64,000 bases of DNA from Schmidtea polychroa (taxonomy: Eukaryota): NCBI GenBank assembly GCA_044892525.1, contig CM097885.1:24740001-24804000 (forward strand), given 5' to 3'. Within the stretch, counting starts at the first letter, position 1, and each line of letters opens with the position of its first letter. Below are positions 1 through 15,443 of this stretch, piece by piece. The notes under the pieces were generated by a model. That model was not told where the DNA came from. It did not search any database and saw only the letters and a list, made by a program, of their open reading frames with translations. Position numbers and translations under genes: made by a program.

Positions 1-256
1 GAATATATTATAAAACACGGGGAACCAAACACAGATTAAAGAATACGGATTAAGGAAACAAAAGTTGATAAACCAAAAAAACGAATCAATCTATGACAAT
101 AATATTTTGATATTTATTTTACATGATAAAAAATCGGATAAATTAAAAGTGCAAAAAGACTTCGTTACACTGTAACAACTAGACTCGGAATGACATCTAA
201 AATCGACCCAAACATTCTAGAAACGTCGGCCCTTTACTTCTCACAAAGCATTATAT

Positions 257-348
<92 letters not shown>

Positions 349-352
<4 letters not shown>

Positions 353-546
353 CCTCTATAACTGATTCCTCGTTTCCCAATAAATTTTATAATATCTATT
401 ATTCTCTTCAAAATTTCTCTTCCTTTCGTATTTGCGCTCGATGTAATGTACGCTTGATTGTAAAGTAGTAAATTATCATGATTTGCATTGCTGATTTCAT
501 TGAATTTTGGTGCGCTGGATGCACAAAGCTGCATGTTAGGATACAT
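349..546 (-). pseudogene. hAT transposase fragment (ZMYM1/DUF4371-like), cut by (TA)n
   Basis: Translation REILKRIIDIIKFIGKRGISYRG matches the hAT 'RII..I.FLG.QG.AFRG' region; it runs into the (CA)/(TA) microsatellite at ~252-350. Confidence 0.6.
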
Positions 547-1025
547 TTTATGTGAAAATGCAAAATTTTAACTTAAAAAATATTCTTGTGTTTGTGTTTA
601 TAATATAGGAAATATTTTTGTATCTTTGAACTCAGTAAACTATTCTCTAGCACTTTAATAATTCCAAATATCTTACCCAGTCCTTCTGTAACCCACATGA
701 GTATATAGGAACAGTACATCCTCCTAGCCAAAATAAATATTAGTTCTAGGAAAATAAAAATTATATCTTTGGAATTAGAAGACTATCCTAAGCTCTTTTT
801 GTCATAATAACAATTTTGAAAAAAACAAATATTGTCAACCAATTCAAATTTAAAATTTAGAATATTTGCGTTTTTGACATTTTTTAAAATAGTCTTGTAG
901 CCTTTTACTCGAGAAATTATTCTCTGCATCAATTTATTATTAAAATGTGTGCATTTTTTATTCTAAATTTTTGGGAACCATGACAAACACACTTATTATT
1001 GGTTAGTCTTATTTATATTCTAAAT

Positions 1026-1480
1026 CAGTGTTATCCAAAATTTTTTGAGCCACGGCACACTTGGCTGATTTAAAAGTTTTCGCGGCACACCTAAATTTTT
1101 TTTTTGCTTTATCTGCAATTTTTTATTGCACTTTTAGTAATCTTTTAGTAAGAAATGAAAAACTTATTTACTTGAAATAAATTTAATGTAAAAAATTTTA
1201 AATTTAGAAAGATTAGTGAATGAAAAATTCATAAAACATAGTTGATGAGATTTATGTGCTTCATGTATTTTAGATAGTCAATATTTCTAGTAAGAAATAT
1301 AAATATATAAAGATTGTAAACAAATAAATTTCGCACTTAATTGACTGGTTAACATTTAAATTTGAAATAACTGTTAAAATATCCACAATCATATTGCCTT
1401 TTATTAAGTTGTTTGGAAAAACAGGGTTTTTTCGACTTTTTTTTAAAAATATTTCACGGCACACAGTTTGGACAACACTG
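1026..1480. mobile_element. hAT (Charlie/Buster-type) MITE
   Basis: TIRs CAGTGTTATCCAAA...TTTGGACAACACTG; 8-bp TSD TTCTAAAT at 1018-1025 and 1481-1488. Confidence 0.9.
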
Positions 1481-1805
1481 TTCTAAATGCTCTAATTTTT
1501 TATAATTAAAGCTCTTATTAATTGGGCTAGTGTATAGGCAGATAAAAACATTAATTAGTGGAGATATACACAACTACACGCAAGCATAGTCTAGCAAGCA
1601 TTATTAATCAGCAGATTTGTTACAATTTTATTTTTAAATAAATTCATTGAATTTATATTGAAATTACAATAAATAAGTTTTTTTAATAATAAGAAATTCT
1701 AGACAATCAAATTTTAATAAGTTGTTACAGTTTTATTTAACTTTATTTTTAAAAATGCAAATTGAAGGTTATTACAACACATGTTTTACAAAATTTGTAT
1801 TATGG

Positions 1806-2212
1806 TGAGTTACAAATAATAAAACTATACCCCTCAGTGCTGTTTCCAGCATAACCCACAATACAAGGTTGCTTTCCACCCGATACCCGCTTAGTAATCA
1901 ACGTTGGAACTGTATCGATCGACTGAATACTCACGAAAAGTGAGCATACCTTTGTATAATATAATCTACAAACATTCTAGCCGGTTTGTGGACTACCATT
2001 AAAAGACACGTGTCAGACTTAATTCCAAGAATCCATAACTAAAACACGTTTATTATAAAAACACAAATATTATTAAAACAAATTATAACGTTAAATTTGT
2101 TTGAGGAGTTTCTAAAAAATAATAATTAATGTATAAGTAAGGATTTCAGCATACAATCAAACATGCACAACATCATACCATTATTTAAATACAAATTACA
2201 AAACGCCTCACA
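1806..2212 (-). repeat. Gypsy 3' LTR (407 bp)
   Basis: Starts TGTGAGGCG directly after the PPT (2213-2228, A5G11 on - strand) and ends AACTCA next to the TSD; 2028-2212 is nearly identical to 15444-15627. Confidence 0.9.
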
Positions 2213-2215
2213 CCC

Positions 2216-2548
2216 CCCCCCCTTTTTGAAAACCTTTAACCACTCAATATTTCTCGTGACGGAACTTCCATTTTCCAATTTTATTTCATAACTTCGATCA
2301 TGAATCTTTTTAGTAATCACACCTGGACCCATGTATCCGTTATCACCTTTATTTCGAACATTTACTTTGATCAATACGCAATCTCCAATTTGAAATTCGC
2401 GATTTGTCGCCTGATTGATTTTTTCTTCTTCCACAATCTCTGAGAACCATTCACTGTAAATCTTTTTACCATTTCAGCTGGAGTCTTCCTAATAGTTTTT
2501 TGAAAAGTTGAATTCAACAAAAACTGAACTTCGGGAAGAATATCTACC
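2216..2548 (-). pseudogene. Gypsy integrase C-terminal part
   Basis: Removing the insertion and one CATGAT copy restores DKKHKSWVDILPEVQFLLNSTFQKTIRKTPAEM; ORF 2126-2434 has FQIGDCVLIK...YMGPGVI...YEIKL (GPY/F region). Confidence 0.85.
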
Positions 2549-3259
2549 CATGATAGTAGGTAGTTAGGAGCTTACGGCAACAATATGGGGGGGGGGGGGG
2601 TAAAAAATGTTGCAAACTTTTGATTGCATAACTTTTTCCGTAGACATTTTTTGATTACATAATTGTTGCCGTAATGCCCAATGTTTTCTGGGATTTTAAA
2701 TACAAAAAATTTTTTTTTCAATAAACAAGCCAAGGATAAATATTATTTGGGTGGGTCTCCTTGGTCCTGAGAATTTCAATAGAAAAAGGTAGTCTTCAAT
2801 AAAAAAGCATGGATTATTCAGACTATAGTGAGGGGATCTTCTTGGTCATGGGAATTTCAATAGAAAAGGTGGTTTACATTAAAAACGCATAGTAAATTTT
2901 TAAAATAAAGTAAATTAAGGTCCTAAAAAATTAAATTAAAGTAATGAATGGGCACAAATAACTAAATTAAGGTTCTAAAAAATTAAATTAATTAAGTTAA
3001 TTAAGGTCCAAATTTTAAAATTAAGTAATCAATGGTAAAAAATTAAAGTTAAATAAGTAAATTAAAGTAATAATTTTTAAATTAAGTAATCAATGGTAAA
3101 AAATTTTAAATAAGTAAATTAAAGTAAATTAAAGTATGATTTTGAAATTTATTAACAAAATAATAGTAGGTGTTTGAGAATTGAAATTTTTTAATGAAAA
3201 TTTTTATGAAATAATGTAAAATTGTCATTGAAAAAATTTTCATTTCTCAGGCGCCGTTT

Positions 3260-3493
3260 AGTAGGTAGTTAGTGGCCCGCTGCAGCAATGACCCCCCTCC
3301 CCCGATTTTTTTGCTGCACGATTTTTTTTGCTGCAACTTTTGATTACGCAATTGTTGCAACTCGTTTTTTTTCCTAGGATTTTCAATACAAAAAAAAAAG
3401 TTGCAACAATTGCGCAATCAAATGTTGCAGCAAAAAAAAAGATGCAGCACAAAAAAAAGGCTTGCATTTGCAGCGGGATCCTAACTACCTACT
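3260..3493. mobile_element. Internal 234-bp mini-element with the same AGTAGGTAGTTAG termini
   Basis: AGTAGGTAGTTAGTGGCCCGCTGCA...TGCAGCGGGATCCTAACTACCTACT; its interior resembles the outer TIR; flanked by 46-bp inverted (not direct) repeats. Confidence 0.8.
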
Positions 3494-3539
3494 AAACGGC
3501 GCCTGAGAAATGAAAATTTTTTCAATGACAATTTTACAT

Positions 3540-4330
3540 GAAAATTATGGTCTGAAAAAAATTAAATTACAGTAAATTATGGTCCAAATTTTTCAATTAC
3601 AGTAAGTTATGGTCCAAATTTTTCAATTACAGTAAATTATGGTATATATTTTTAAACTTAAGTAAATTAAGGTCTAAAATTTCAATTAAGTAAATTAAGG
3701 TCTAAAATTTTCAATTAAATTAAATTAGGTCTAAAATTTTCAATTAAGCAAATTATGGTCTAAAATTTTCAAATAAGTAAATTAAGGTCTAAAATTTTCA
3801 AATAAGTAAATTATGGTCTAAAATTTTACATGAAAATTATGGTCTAAAATTTCAATTAAGTAAATTAAGGTCTAAAATTTTCAATTAAGTAAATTATGGT
3901 CTAAAATTTTCAATTAAGTAAATTATGGTCTAAAATTTAAAATTAAAGTAAATTATGGTATATATTTTTAAACTTAAGTAAATTAAGGTCTAAAATTTCA
4001 ATTAAGTAAATTAAGGTCTAAAATTTTCAATTAAATTAAATTAGGTCTAAAATTTTCAATTAAGCAAATTAAGGTCTAAAATTTTCAAATAAGTAAATTA
4101 TGGTCTAAAATTTTCAATTAAGTAAATTAAGGTCTAAAATTTTCAAATAAGTAAATTATGGTCTAAAATTTTACATGAAAATTATGGTCTAAAATTTTCA
4201 ATTAAGTAAATTATGGTCTAAAATTTTAAATTAAAGTAAATTAAGGGTCAAAATTTAAAATTAAAGTAAATTAAGGTTCTAAAAAATTAAATTAAAGTTA
4301 ATTAAGGTCCAAATTTTTTAAATTAAGTAA
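3540..4330 (+). repeat. ~29-30 bp tandem minisatellite inside the Polinton-like element
   Basis: Repeated unit AAGTAAATTA(T/A)GGTCTAAAATTTTCAATT; degenerate copies occur in both TIRs. Confidence 0.9.
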
Positions 4331-5659
4331 TCAATGGTCAAATATTTTAAATAAGTAAGTTAAATTAATAATTTTTAAATAAGTAATGTAATAAGCAAAT
4401 TAAAGTAAGATTTTAAATTTATTAACAAAATAATAGAAGGTGTTTGAGAATTGAAATTTTTTAATGAAAATTTTTATGAAATAATTTTTAAAGTAATTTT
4501 AGATGGAAATTTTTATGGAATAATTTTTAAGATAATTTTTAATGAAAAATTTTATGAAATATTTTTCAATGAAAATTTTAAATGAAAACTTTTATGAAAT
4601 ATTTTTCAATGACAATTTTAGAAAAAAAAAATTTTTTTTGAAATAATTTTAGATGGAAATTAAGTAAATTAAGGGATACATTTTTAAATTAAAGTAATCA
4701 ATGGTCTATATTTTAAACTTCTATATTCGGTAAACAAGGACTAAATTAAGTAAATAAAGGGTTAAATTAAAGAAAATTATGACTAAGTTAATTAGATTTA
4801 AAGAATAATTACCTTTTCATTTAACACTACAGTGTTAATTCTTACCATTTTAGAATAATATTTTTTATCAAAGTTCTTATCTTGATTTATTTAATTTTAA
4901 TGAATTAATTTGAAAGATTATTTAGATACATTTTGGTGTTTAAGGTATTCATTAGTAATTATTTTTTTAGAGTTGATGGTTTTTGTGAATTTTTATCATT
5001 TTCGTGAATTTCATGTGGATTGAATGAATATTAAAAAATTTTAAGTTAGTTCTAAGATAAATTTAATTAATTTCTTGATAATTGGATGCATTTTAATTGA
5101 TTAGTTTTTTAATTTTAAATAAAAATTATTTTTAATGACAGTCAGGTTAATAATCACGTGATAGGATATGACTTTGTAATAATATTTTTTTTTCATATAT
5201 TTTCTAAGAATTTCATGTTGACTGATTAAAAGTTTTAATGGTGATAAATTTAATTGATAAATTTAATTAATTTCTTGATAATTTGTTAAATTTTAAATAA
5301 AAATTAATTTTTTTTTAATGACTGTTAGGTTAATAATTAAGTAATTGGTTTAATTTTAGATGACTTTGTAATGCATTTGACTAAATAATTTTTTCAATAA
5401 TTTTCTAAGAATATTTACACATTGATGAACTTTTTTAAAAAAAAACATAACCTAAGAAACCAGTTAACCTTATCAAGAACTTTAAATTTACTTGATAATT
5501 TACAGAAATGATATACAAAATTTAATTTACAGAAATAATTTACAAAATAATATACAGAAATTTATGATTAAGTTTGCTTTTATGAACAATCAATATATAT
5601 CATCTCTAGTTAGGTATTTGATAGGTGAAATATTTGTAGTAAATAATAAGTTTATTATG

Positions 5660-5784
5660 TCTTTGTTACATAACTCGACTTTAGCGTCAAAATGTGTTTT
5701 TAAAATAAATTTTAATTTTAAAATACCGCAACGTAATATATTAATTTTTTCCTACCCTTCCTTGATTTTGATTGGTTAGAATTT
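5660..5784 (+). promoter_or_regulatory. Putative promoter/cis module shared by two Polinton-like elements
   Basis: Ends ~75 bp upstream of the pPolB ATG (5860) and contains GATTGGTT (reverse CCAAT); a closely similar block lies at 59212-59335 and a partial one at 59864-59932. Confidence 0.55.
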
Positions 5785-5859
5785 GTTCCTATAAACAATA
5801 ATAATCTATAAACAATAATCAATCATTAGTCACATTTAACAAATAATTAACCTTTAAAA

Positions 5860-8800
5860 ATGAATTCTTTAATAGAAAACGTTATGAATGTCCGAGAAAA
5901 AATTCAGGAATTTGGTAAATTTTAATTTATTTATTAATTAATTTAATAATTAATTTAGATAATATTAATGAAGACAATTTAAAATCGAAGATTAAAGGAA
6001 ATTTGAAAAGAAAAAGTAAACATAATTTATAATTTATTGATTTAATTAATTAATAATTTAGGTAATACGAATAAAGAGAAAAATTATGTCAATGTGTCAA
6101 TAAATCGAAATGAAAATTTACAATGTAAGTATTGATTACTTTTTATAATTTAAAGGAAATTTAATATAATTTTTTATTTAAGTAAATGTTAATATTTTTA
6201 ATTTAGTAAATTTTTATTCTTTAGTAAATAAAATTTGTAAAATAATAATAATTTGCAAATTTTTGCGTAAACAATTATTAAAATATTTCATTTAAATTAT
6301 ATTTTTTTTTATTAAATTTTTATTTTATAGGTATACTTTATCCAAATTATTGTTCATCGAAAGAACATGATAATAATTGCCATTCTATAATGGAGAATTA
6401 TTACACGAAAAAATATTATAATAAAACTTATTTTATATGTCCCGTATGTAAGACTAGTGACCCTGTAACATATAGAGTTTTTTATAATAAACATAAAAAT
6501 CACTTAGATAGGTTTAATTTTAAAAAAGATAGTGTTTTTAAAAGACCCTCGACTATAGAAAAAAATAATACAAATAAAAAAATTAAATTAGATACTTCTT
6601 CTTTTGAATCCCAGGTTGAATTAGATGTTGAATCCCAGGCTGGATTGTCTTTTGTTGAATCCCAGGACGGATTGCCTTTTGTTGAATCCCAGGACGGATT
6701 GCCTTTTGTTGAATCCCAGGTCGGATTGCCTTTTGTTGAATCCAATGATGGATTGGTTGTTGAATCCCAGGACGGATTGGTTGTCGAATCCCAGGTCGGA
6801 TTGTCTTTTGTTGAATCCCAGGTCGGATTGCCTTTTGTTGAATCCAATGTTGGATTGGTTGTTGAATCCCAGGTCGGATTGGATAATATTTCCCTTGACT
6901 CTTGGGACGGAAAAACTAATATACAAATAGGGGGTAATCTTCCCATAATACAAACAGATCTAAGGGGTACCCATCAAATATTAAGTTTAAATACTAGCGA
7001 CTTAAATATAAAGGAAATAATATTTCCAGAACAATTAATTATAAAATTACGAGATATTATTAAAGAATTAGGCTCCGTCAAAATTCAATTCGGAATAACA
7101 ATCGAATTTGAAAAAGACGGGGAAATAAAGGTTAATAATATCTCCAATTACGCAAAACCTTTAACTGCATCATTTTTTGATGAAGGTAACTAGGGAACTA
7201 AATGAGAAAATAACTAATACTACAGAGTTAGAAAGTAGTTGGATTATAAAAAATATAACAGAAATCCACTTCACTATAACAAAAATAAGTAGGTTAATTA
7301 GATTAAGTGGTAGGAGTTTCATTGAAACACCTACTTATCTAAAAAATAAATATTGTTTAATTAATATAAAAAACACCGATGATTCATGTTTTTTATATAG
7401 CATTTTAGCTATTTTAAAATATGATGAGGTTATTACACAATATAGAAATAGGACATCCAGTTATAATTTATCCGACTTAATATATAATCTGTTAGAATTA
7501 CCCATGAAATTAAAAGACATTAGGAAATTTGAATCTAAAAATCCTGGCTTAATAATTAACGTTTTTTCTTATGATAATAGCAAACAATTAACAGATAATT
7601 ACGTTTTAAAACATCCACATTTAGACATTATACATCGTTCCAAAGTTTTAAATGGAACTGTAATTAATTTACTACTATTAAATAAAGGAAAAAATTTCCA
7701 TTACGTTGCTATAAGTAATTTAAATAGGTTACTGAATTGTGGTATCAACACTACTTGTCCTACACGCATACAATCATTATGGTGCCATCGGTGTTTGAAT
7801 GGGTTTAGGTATAAACACGCACTGGAAAAACATGAAATATTATGTAAACGTAATCAATTAGGAACAACTCTTTACACTTTCCCTCAAAATAAATTATTGC
7901 AGTTTACTGACTGGTCGAAAACAGTAACTCCTCCTTTTGTAGTTTATGCGATTTTGAGGCTATTTTACCTTCTGATAATCTTCATTTCCAACGACACATG
8001 CCAATATCTGCTGGTCTTTTACTTGTAAATAACTTTGACGGATCTAAATCTTATCAACAGTTCATAGGTTTAGATTGCGTCGAGAGTTTTTTAAGTGCTA
8101 TAGAGGATATAGCAATAAATAAGGTTCTTACTTTTTATTATAAAATGGGTAGGAAACCTATGATTAAATTAACGAAAATTGAACAACGTCAATTTGTTAG
8201 TGCATCTGTTTGTTATCTTTGTTTGAAATCTATCGTCGATCCTGTTAGAGATCACGATCATTTTACGGGGAAATACTTGGGTGCAGCTTGTAGCACATGT
8301 AACATAAATAGGAAAATAAATAAAATTTTGCCTATCGTATTTCACAACTTGAAGGGATACGATATGCATCATATACTTAAATACGGATTAAATAAATTTA
8401 AAAATTGGACTTTAGGTTGCATCCCAATAACGACTGAAAAATTTATTTCTTTGATTGCTCATTTAGGCAAAATTAGCTTAAGATTCATTGATTCTTATCA
8501 ATTTGTCAATGATTCTTTAGCTAAAGCAGTCAAAACTTTGAATTCTTTGCCTTTTACTAATTCTGCTTTTTCTGGTACTATAGTTTCTGAAAAAGGAATC
8601 TTCCCTTATAATTTCGCCACATCTTTAGATATTCTCCAAACTACTTATGAATTACCACCAATCTGAGAGGGTGTCACTGAGCTTGAGTATGAAAAAGCTC
8701 AGGAGATTTGGGTAGAAACTAATTGCCTAACTTTATTAGATTATATGATGATCTACCTAAAACTTGATTGTTTTCTTTTGGCTGATTTCTTTCATCAGTT

Positions 8801-10388
8801 TCGGTTGAAATCTATTGCTCACAATAGATTGGAACCATTGAATTATTTCGGAATTCCAGGTATGTCTTGGTCTTCTGCATTAATGTCTTTAAATGAACCA
8901 ATTGAGCTCATAACTGAAAACGAAATGTTTAGCTTTTATGAGGGTGGAATAAGAGGCGGTCTTACTTTTGTGAATAAGCATTACGTAAAAACCGATGAGA
9001 ACACCGAGTTACTATATATAGATATTAATAATCTTTATGGTTGGGTTTTAAGTCAATCATTACCTTGTGGCGAATTTAGTTTGGTTCTTGATGGATTTGA
9101 TTTAATAATGGATGAATGTAGGAATTTAAATCTTGAATCTTTGTCTTATGGATACACTCTTGAAGTTGATCTTGTAATTCCTTCTGAGCTTCATGATAAG
9201 TTGGATGATTTCCCTGTAGCTGCTGAAAAAATGAAACCTGCTGGGTCTAAGGTTGAAAAATTATTATTAACTCATCTTCCAAAATCTAATTATGTGATTC
9301 ATTGGAGATTATTAAAATTATATTTGGAACTTGGTGTTAAAGTAACACGTGTAAATAGGGGTGTAAGATTTAAGCAATCTCCAATTTTTAAAAAATATAT
9401 AGATACAAATACAGAATTAAGGTCAAAAAGCATAAATAGCTTAGATAAAAATTATTATAAATTGCTAAATAACAGTTTATACGGTAAAACAGTTGAAAAT
9501 TTAAAGAGAAGAATGAATCTTCGTCTTTGTACAACTGCCAATAAATTAGTTAAATATTCTTCAAAGCCGACTTTTAAAAAATCTATTAAAATAGACGATA
9601 ATTTAATCGCGGCATTATTGAATTCAGATTCTATATGTTTAGATAGACCGAGTTACATTGGTCAATCTGTACTTGATCTATCTAAACTTAGAATGTATGA
9701 ATTGCAATATAAGGATCTGGAATCATTTCGCAATGAGTTTAATTGTAAAATTAATATCGTTGCAGGTGATACAGATTCCTTTTTCCTCGAAGTCATTAAC
9801 TGTAAACTTGAGGTTCTTTTACCTGCAATGATTCGAGATAATTTATTAGATACTTCCAATTACAATAGTTGTCATTTCTTATATGGTAAGAACCTAGATT
9901 CTGTCATTGGAAAGTTCAAAGACGAGAATAAAGGTCTTAAATATAAGGAATGGGTTTTTCTTAGACCTAAATGTTATAGCTTGTTGGGTGATGAGGAAAC
10001 AAAAAAGGCTAAAGGTGTAACATTGAAAGGTAGTGACATAAAACATAAGTCATACCTGGATTGTTATAACACTAACCAGATTTTTTCGGTTCCTCAGACT
10101 AAAATAACAAGCAAAAATCATCAAATTTTTACAATTAAAAACACAAAAATAGCACTAACTAACAAAGATGACAAAAGGGTTTGGGTGGGGAAAATTACTA
10201 GTCTTGCATATGGGCATGTAAGATTAAGTGAATTAAATATTGGAGAAAATGTTGGAGAAATTGTTGGAGAAGATTTTGATGAAAATGTTGGAGAAGATGA
10301 GGAAGAATTTAATGAAGAAGATTTTGGAGATTATGTTGGAGAAGATGATATCGATATCGATGACGTTATTTTGTCTGATGAGGACTAA
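5860..10388 (+). pseudogene. Protein-primed DNA polymerase B (Polinton-type), spliced gene with 2 frameshifts and 1 premature stop
   Basis: Exons 5860-5914, 5959-6015, 6062-6124, 6331-10388 are joined by GT-AG phase-1 introns in frame with ORF 6390. Motifs: ExoI VYA(D)FE (1-nt deletion ~7950), endonuclease-VII-like DHDHFTGKYLGAACSTCN, FHNLKGYD, YIDINNLY, KLLNNSLYGK, GDTDS, FLRPKCY. Frameshift ~7190; in-frame TGA 8664-8666; AATAAA ~10397. Confidence 0.93.
6603..6880 (+). repeat. Coding 27/30-bp tandem repeat (VESQDGLPF-like) in the pPolB N-terminal region
   Basis: About 10 units of GTTGAATCCCAGG(A/T)CGGATTG(CCTTTT); this explains the overlapping shadow ORFs in other frames. Confidence 0.9.
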
Positions 10389-10580
10389 TTTTATTAAATA
10401 AAAGTTTATATCTATACATTCGTTATTTTTTTGGTAAATTTTTATGTTTGTTATGTGTCTAGTTCATTTTTATGTGTTTAGTTAATGTTTATATGTTTTG
10501 TTATGTGTCTAGTTATTTTTATGTGTTTAGTTAATTTTTTATGTGTTGTATAGTATTTGGTTGATATATTATTATTATTA

Positions 10581-10630
<50 letters not shown>

Positions 10631-11606
10631 TCATAAAAATTTCTATTAAAAATTATCTTAAAAATTACCATTGAAAAATATTTCATAAAAATTTCCATTA
10701 AAAATTACCATTGAAAAATATTTCATTAAAATTTCTAATAAAAATTACTTAAAAATTAATCCATAAAAATTACCATTGAAAATTAATCATAAAAAATTAT
10801 TTCATAAAAATTTTCATTAAAAAATACCATTGAAAAATATTTCATTAAAATTTCTATTAAAAATTACTTAAAAAATTATTTCATAAAAATTTTCATTAAA
10901 AAATTTCAATTCTCAAACACCTACTATTATTTTGTTAATAAATTTCAAAATCATACTTTAATTTACTTTAATTTACTTATTTAAAATTTTTTACCATTGA
11001 TTACTTAATTTAAAAATTATTACTTTAATTTACTTATTTAACTTTAATTTTTTACCATTGATTACTTAATTTTAAAATTTGGACCTTAATTAACTTAATT
11101 AATTTAATTTTTTAGAACCTTAATTTAGTTATTTGTGCCCATTCATTACTTTAATTTAATTTTTTAGGACCTTAATTTACTTAATTTTAATTTTTTTAGA
11201 ACCATCATTTACTTTATTTTTAAATTTTAGACCCATAATTTGCTTTATTTTAAAAATTTACTATGCGTTTTTAATGTAAACAACCTTTTCTATTGAAATT
11301 CTCATGACCAAGAAGATCCCCTCACTATAGTCTGAATAATCCATGCTTTTTTATTGAAGACTACCTTTTTCTATTGAAATTCTCAGGACCAAGGGACCCA
11401 CCCAAATAATATTTATCCTTGGCTTGTTTATTGAAAAAAAAATTTTTTGTATTTAAAATCCCAGAAAACATTGGGCATTACGGCAACAATTATGTAATCA
11501 AAAAATGTCTACGGAAAAGTTATGCAATCAAAAGTTTGCAACATTTTTTACCCCCCCCCCCCCCCCCCCTATTGTTGCCGTAAGCTCCTAACTACCTACT
11601 CATGAT

Positions 11607-14290
<2,684 letters not shown>

Positions 14291-14387
14291 TAATTTCTAT
14301 AATCAAAAACACCATCACAACAGTTATCATTCAAACTATCACAATCATTCAAAATCATACAACCCTTATTCATATCATTAATTACCT

Positions 14388-15416
14388 TTAATTTATTGCT
14401 CCGATCACCTCCTCGTGTGGTGGAGCATTCCCATTTGGGTACTCAAAATCAGCCTCTGGATCCTCGTCACCGAATGCAGCCACTGATTTATGGAATTTTC
14501 GACGTCTGCCTGGAAATAACTCATGGCACTGATGTTTGAAATGTCCAGATCTTTTACAATGGGCACATTGAATATTGGGGCATTCAGATCTTCTATGACC
14601 TTCTTCGTGGCACGCCCAACATCGCAAAATTTGATTTGTTCGGACATAATCTCGCGAATGAAATTCCCTGGTATTATAAGGCTTACTTCTATTCATAGGT
14701 TTCCATCCATTTGAAATATCATATCGATGTTTTCTGGTAAGATCGCATTTGAATCTTGGATTATGTTGAGGTTCTCTTGTATATTCATCTTTGAATCTGG
14801 GATTAGCTTCTCGTTCTCGAATTGATCTGTTATCATAACTATATCTTGGTAAGCTCTTCTTAACAGAATCAGCATAGCGTTGTGTTTTATCCATTGAAGC
14901 TACATCAGCATGAAATACATTAATTTCTTTTGAAACTTGATCGTGTCTCTTTAATCTTTCTTTCATTTCATCAAATGATTTTAAATCTTGCATTTTGAGA
15001 TCTTTTTTAACTTCTTTATCTTCAAGCGAATTGAATAGCAAATATTTCTTTAGTTCTTCTTCATCAAGTTTATGCTTCAAAATATTTTTTGCAAGTTTCT
15101 CAATTTTTGAGCAGAATTCTTCGGCAGCCTCATTTCCTTGACGATAATTTAGCGCTTCGTTGAGATCATCGATAAGACTTCTGTTCTTAGCAAAAGCGTT
15201 TCTTAATCTTTCTGTATAATGCAGAGTTTCATTAGTCAACTCATTTTTCTTCGTTGAATTGATTGATAGAAAAGCTTTGACGAATTTGCTTCTGTATTCA
15301 TCGACAATATTTGTCATCTCGAAGAATCGTTCCGTTTCTAAGATAAAATCTTCCACGTCTGAATCCATGTCATATGTTTCTGGTGGTTTGATAAAATTTG
15401 CAATTGTGGTCGCCAT
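14388..15416 (-). CDS. gag: Gypsy Gag with two CCHC zinc knuckles
   Basis: Open ORF with CWACHEEGHRRSEC and CAHCKRSGHFKHQC; the likely start is ATGGCGACC (MATTIANF). Confidence 0.88.
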   Translation of the reverse strand: MATTIANFIKPPETYDMDSDVEDFILETERFFEMTNIVDEYRSKFVKAFLSINSTKKNELTNETLHYTERLRNAFAKNRSLIDDLNEALNYRQGNEAAEEFCSKIEKLAKNILKHKLDEEELKKYLLFNSLEDKEVKKDLKMQDLKSFDEMKERLKRHDQVSKEINVFHADVASMDKTQRYADSVKKSLPRYSYDNRSIREREANPRFKDEYTREPQHNPRFKCDLTRKHRYDISNGWKPMNRSKPYNTREFHSRDYVRTNQILRCWACHEEGHRRSECPNIQCAHCKRSGHFKHQCHELFPGRRRKFHKSVAAFGDEDPEADFEYPNGNAPPHEEVIGAIN

Positions 15417-15443
15417 ATTAGCCACAGAGCTACGGGTATTAAT

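Larger units (their letters stand above)
2555..11600 (+). mobile_element. Polinton/Maverick-like TIR element encoding only a pPolB
   Basis: Termini AGTAGGTAGTTAGGAGCTTACGGCAAC / GTTGCCGTAAGCTCCTAACTACCTACT; 6-bp TSD CATGAT (2549-2554, 11601-11606); TIRs ~2555-3215 and ~10875-11600; contains a protein-primed family B polymerase gene. Confidence 0.93.

Noticed and set aside
1..250. Possible Penelope 3' end with degenerate hammerhead (GAAACGTCGG at ~220)
   Set aside because: The CUGAUGA core is absent and the protein similarity is too weak to support a call.
6500..6953. Overlapping ORFs in other frames and on the - strand
   Set aside because: Shadow ORFs of the stop-poor 27/30-bp coding repeat in pPolB.
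7177..7200. Programmed frameshift or extra intron in pPolB
   Set aside because: GT...AG here spans only 8 nt, and a second frameshift plus an in-frame stop indicate ordinary decay or sequence error.
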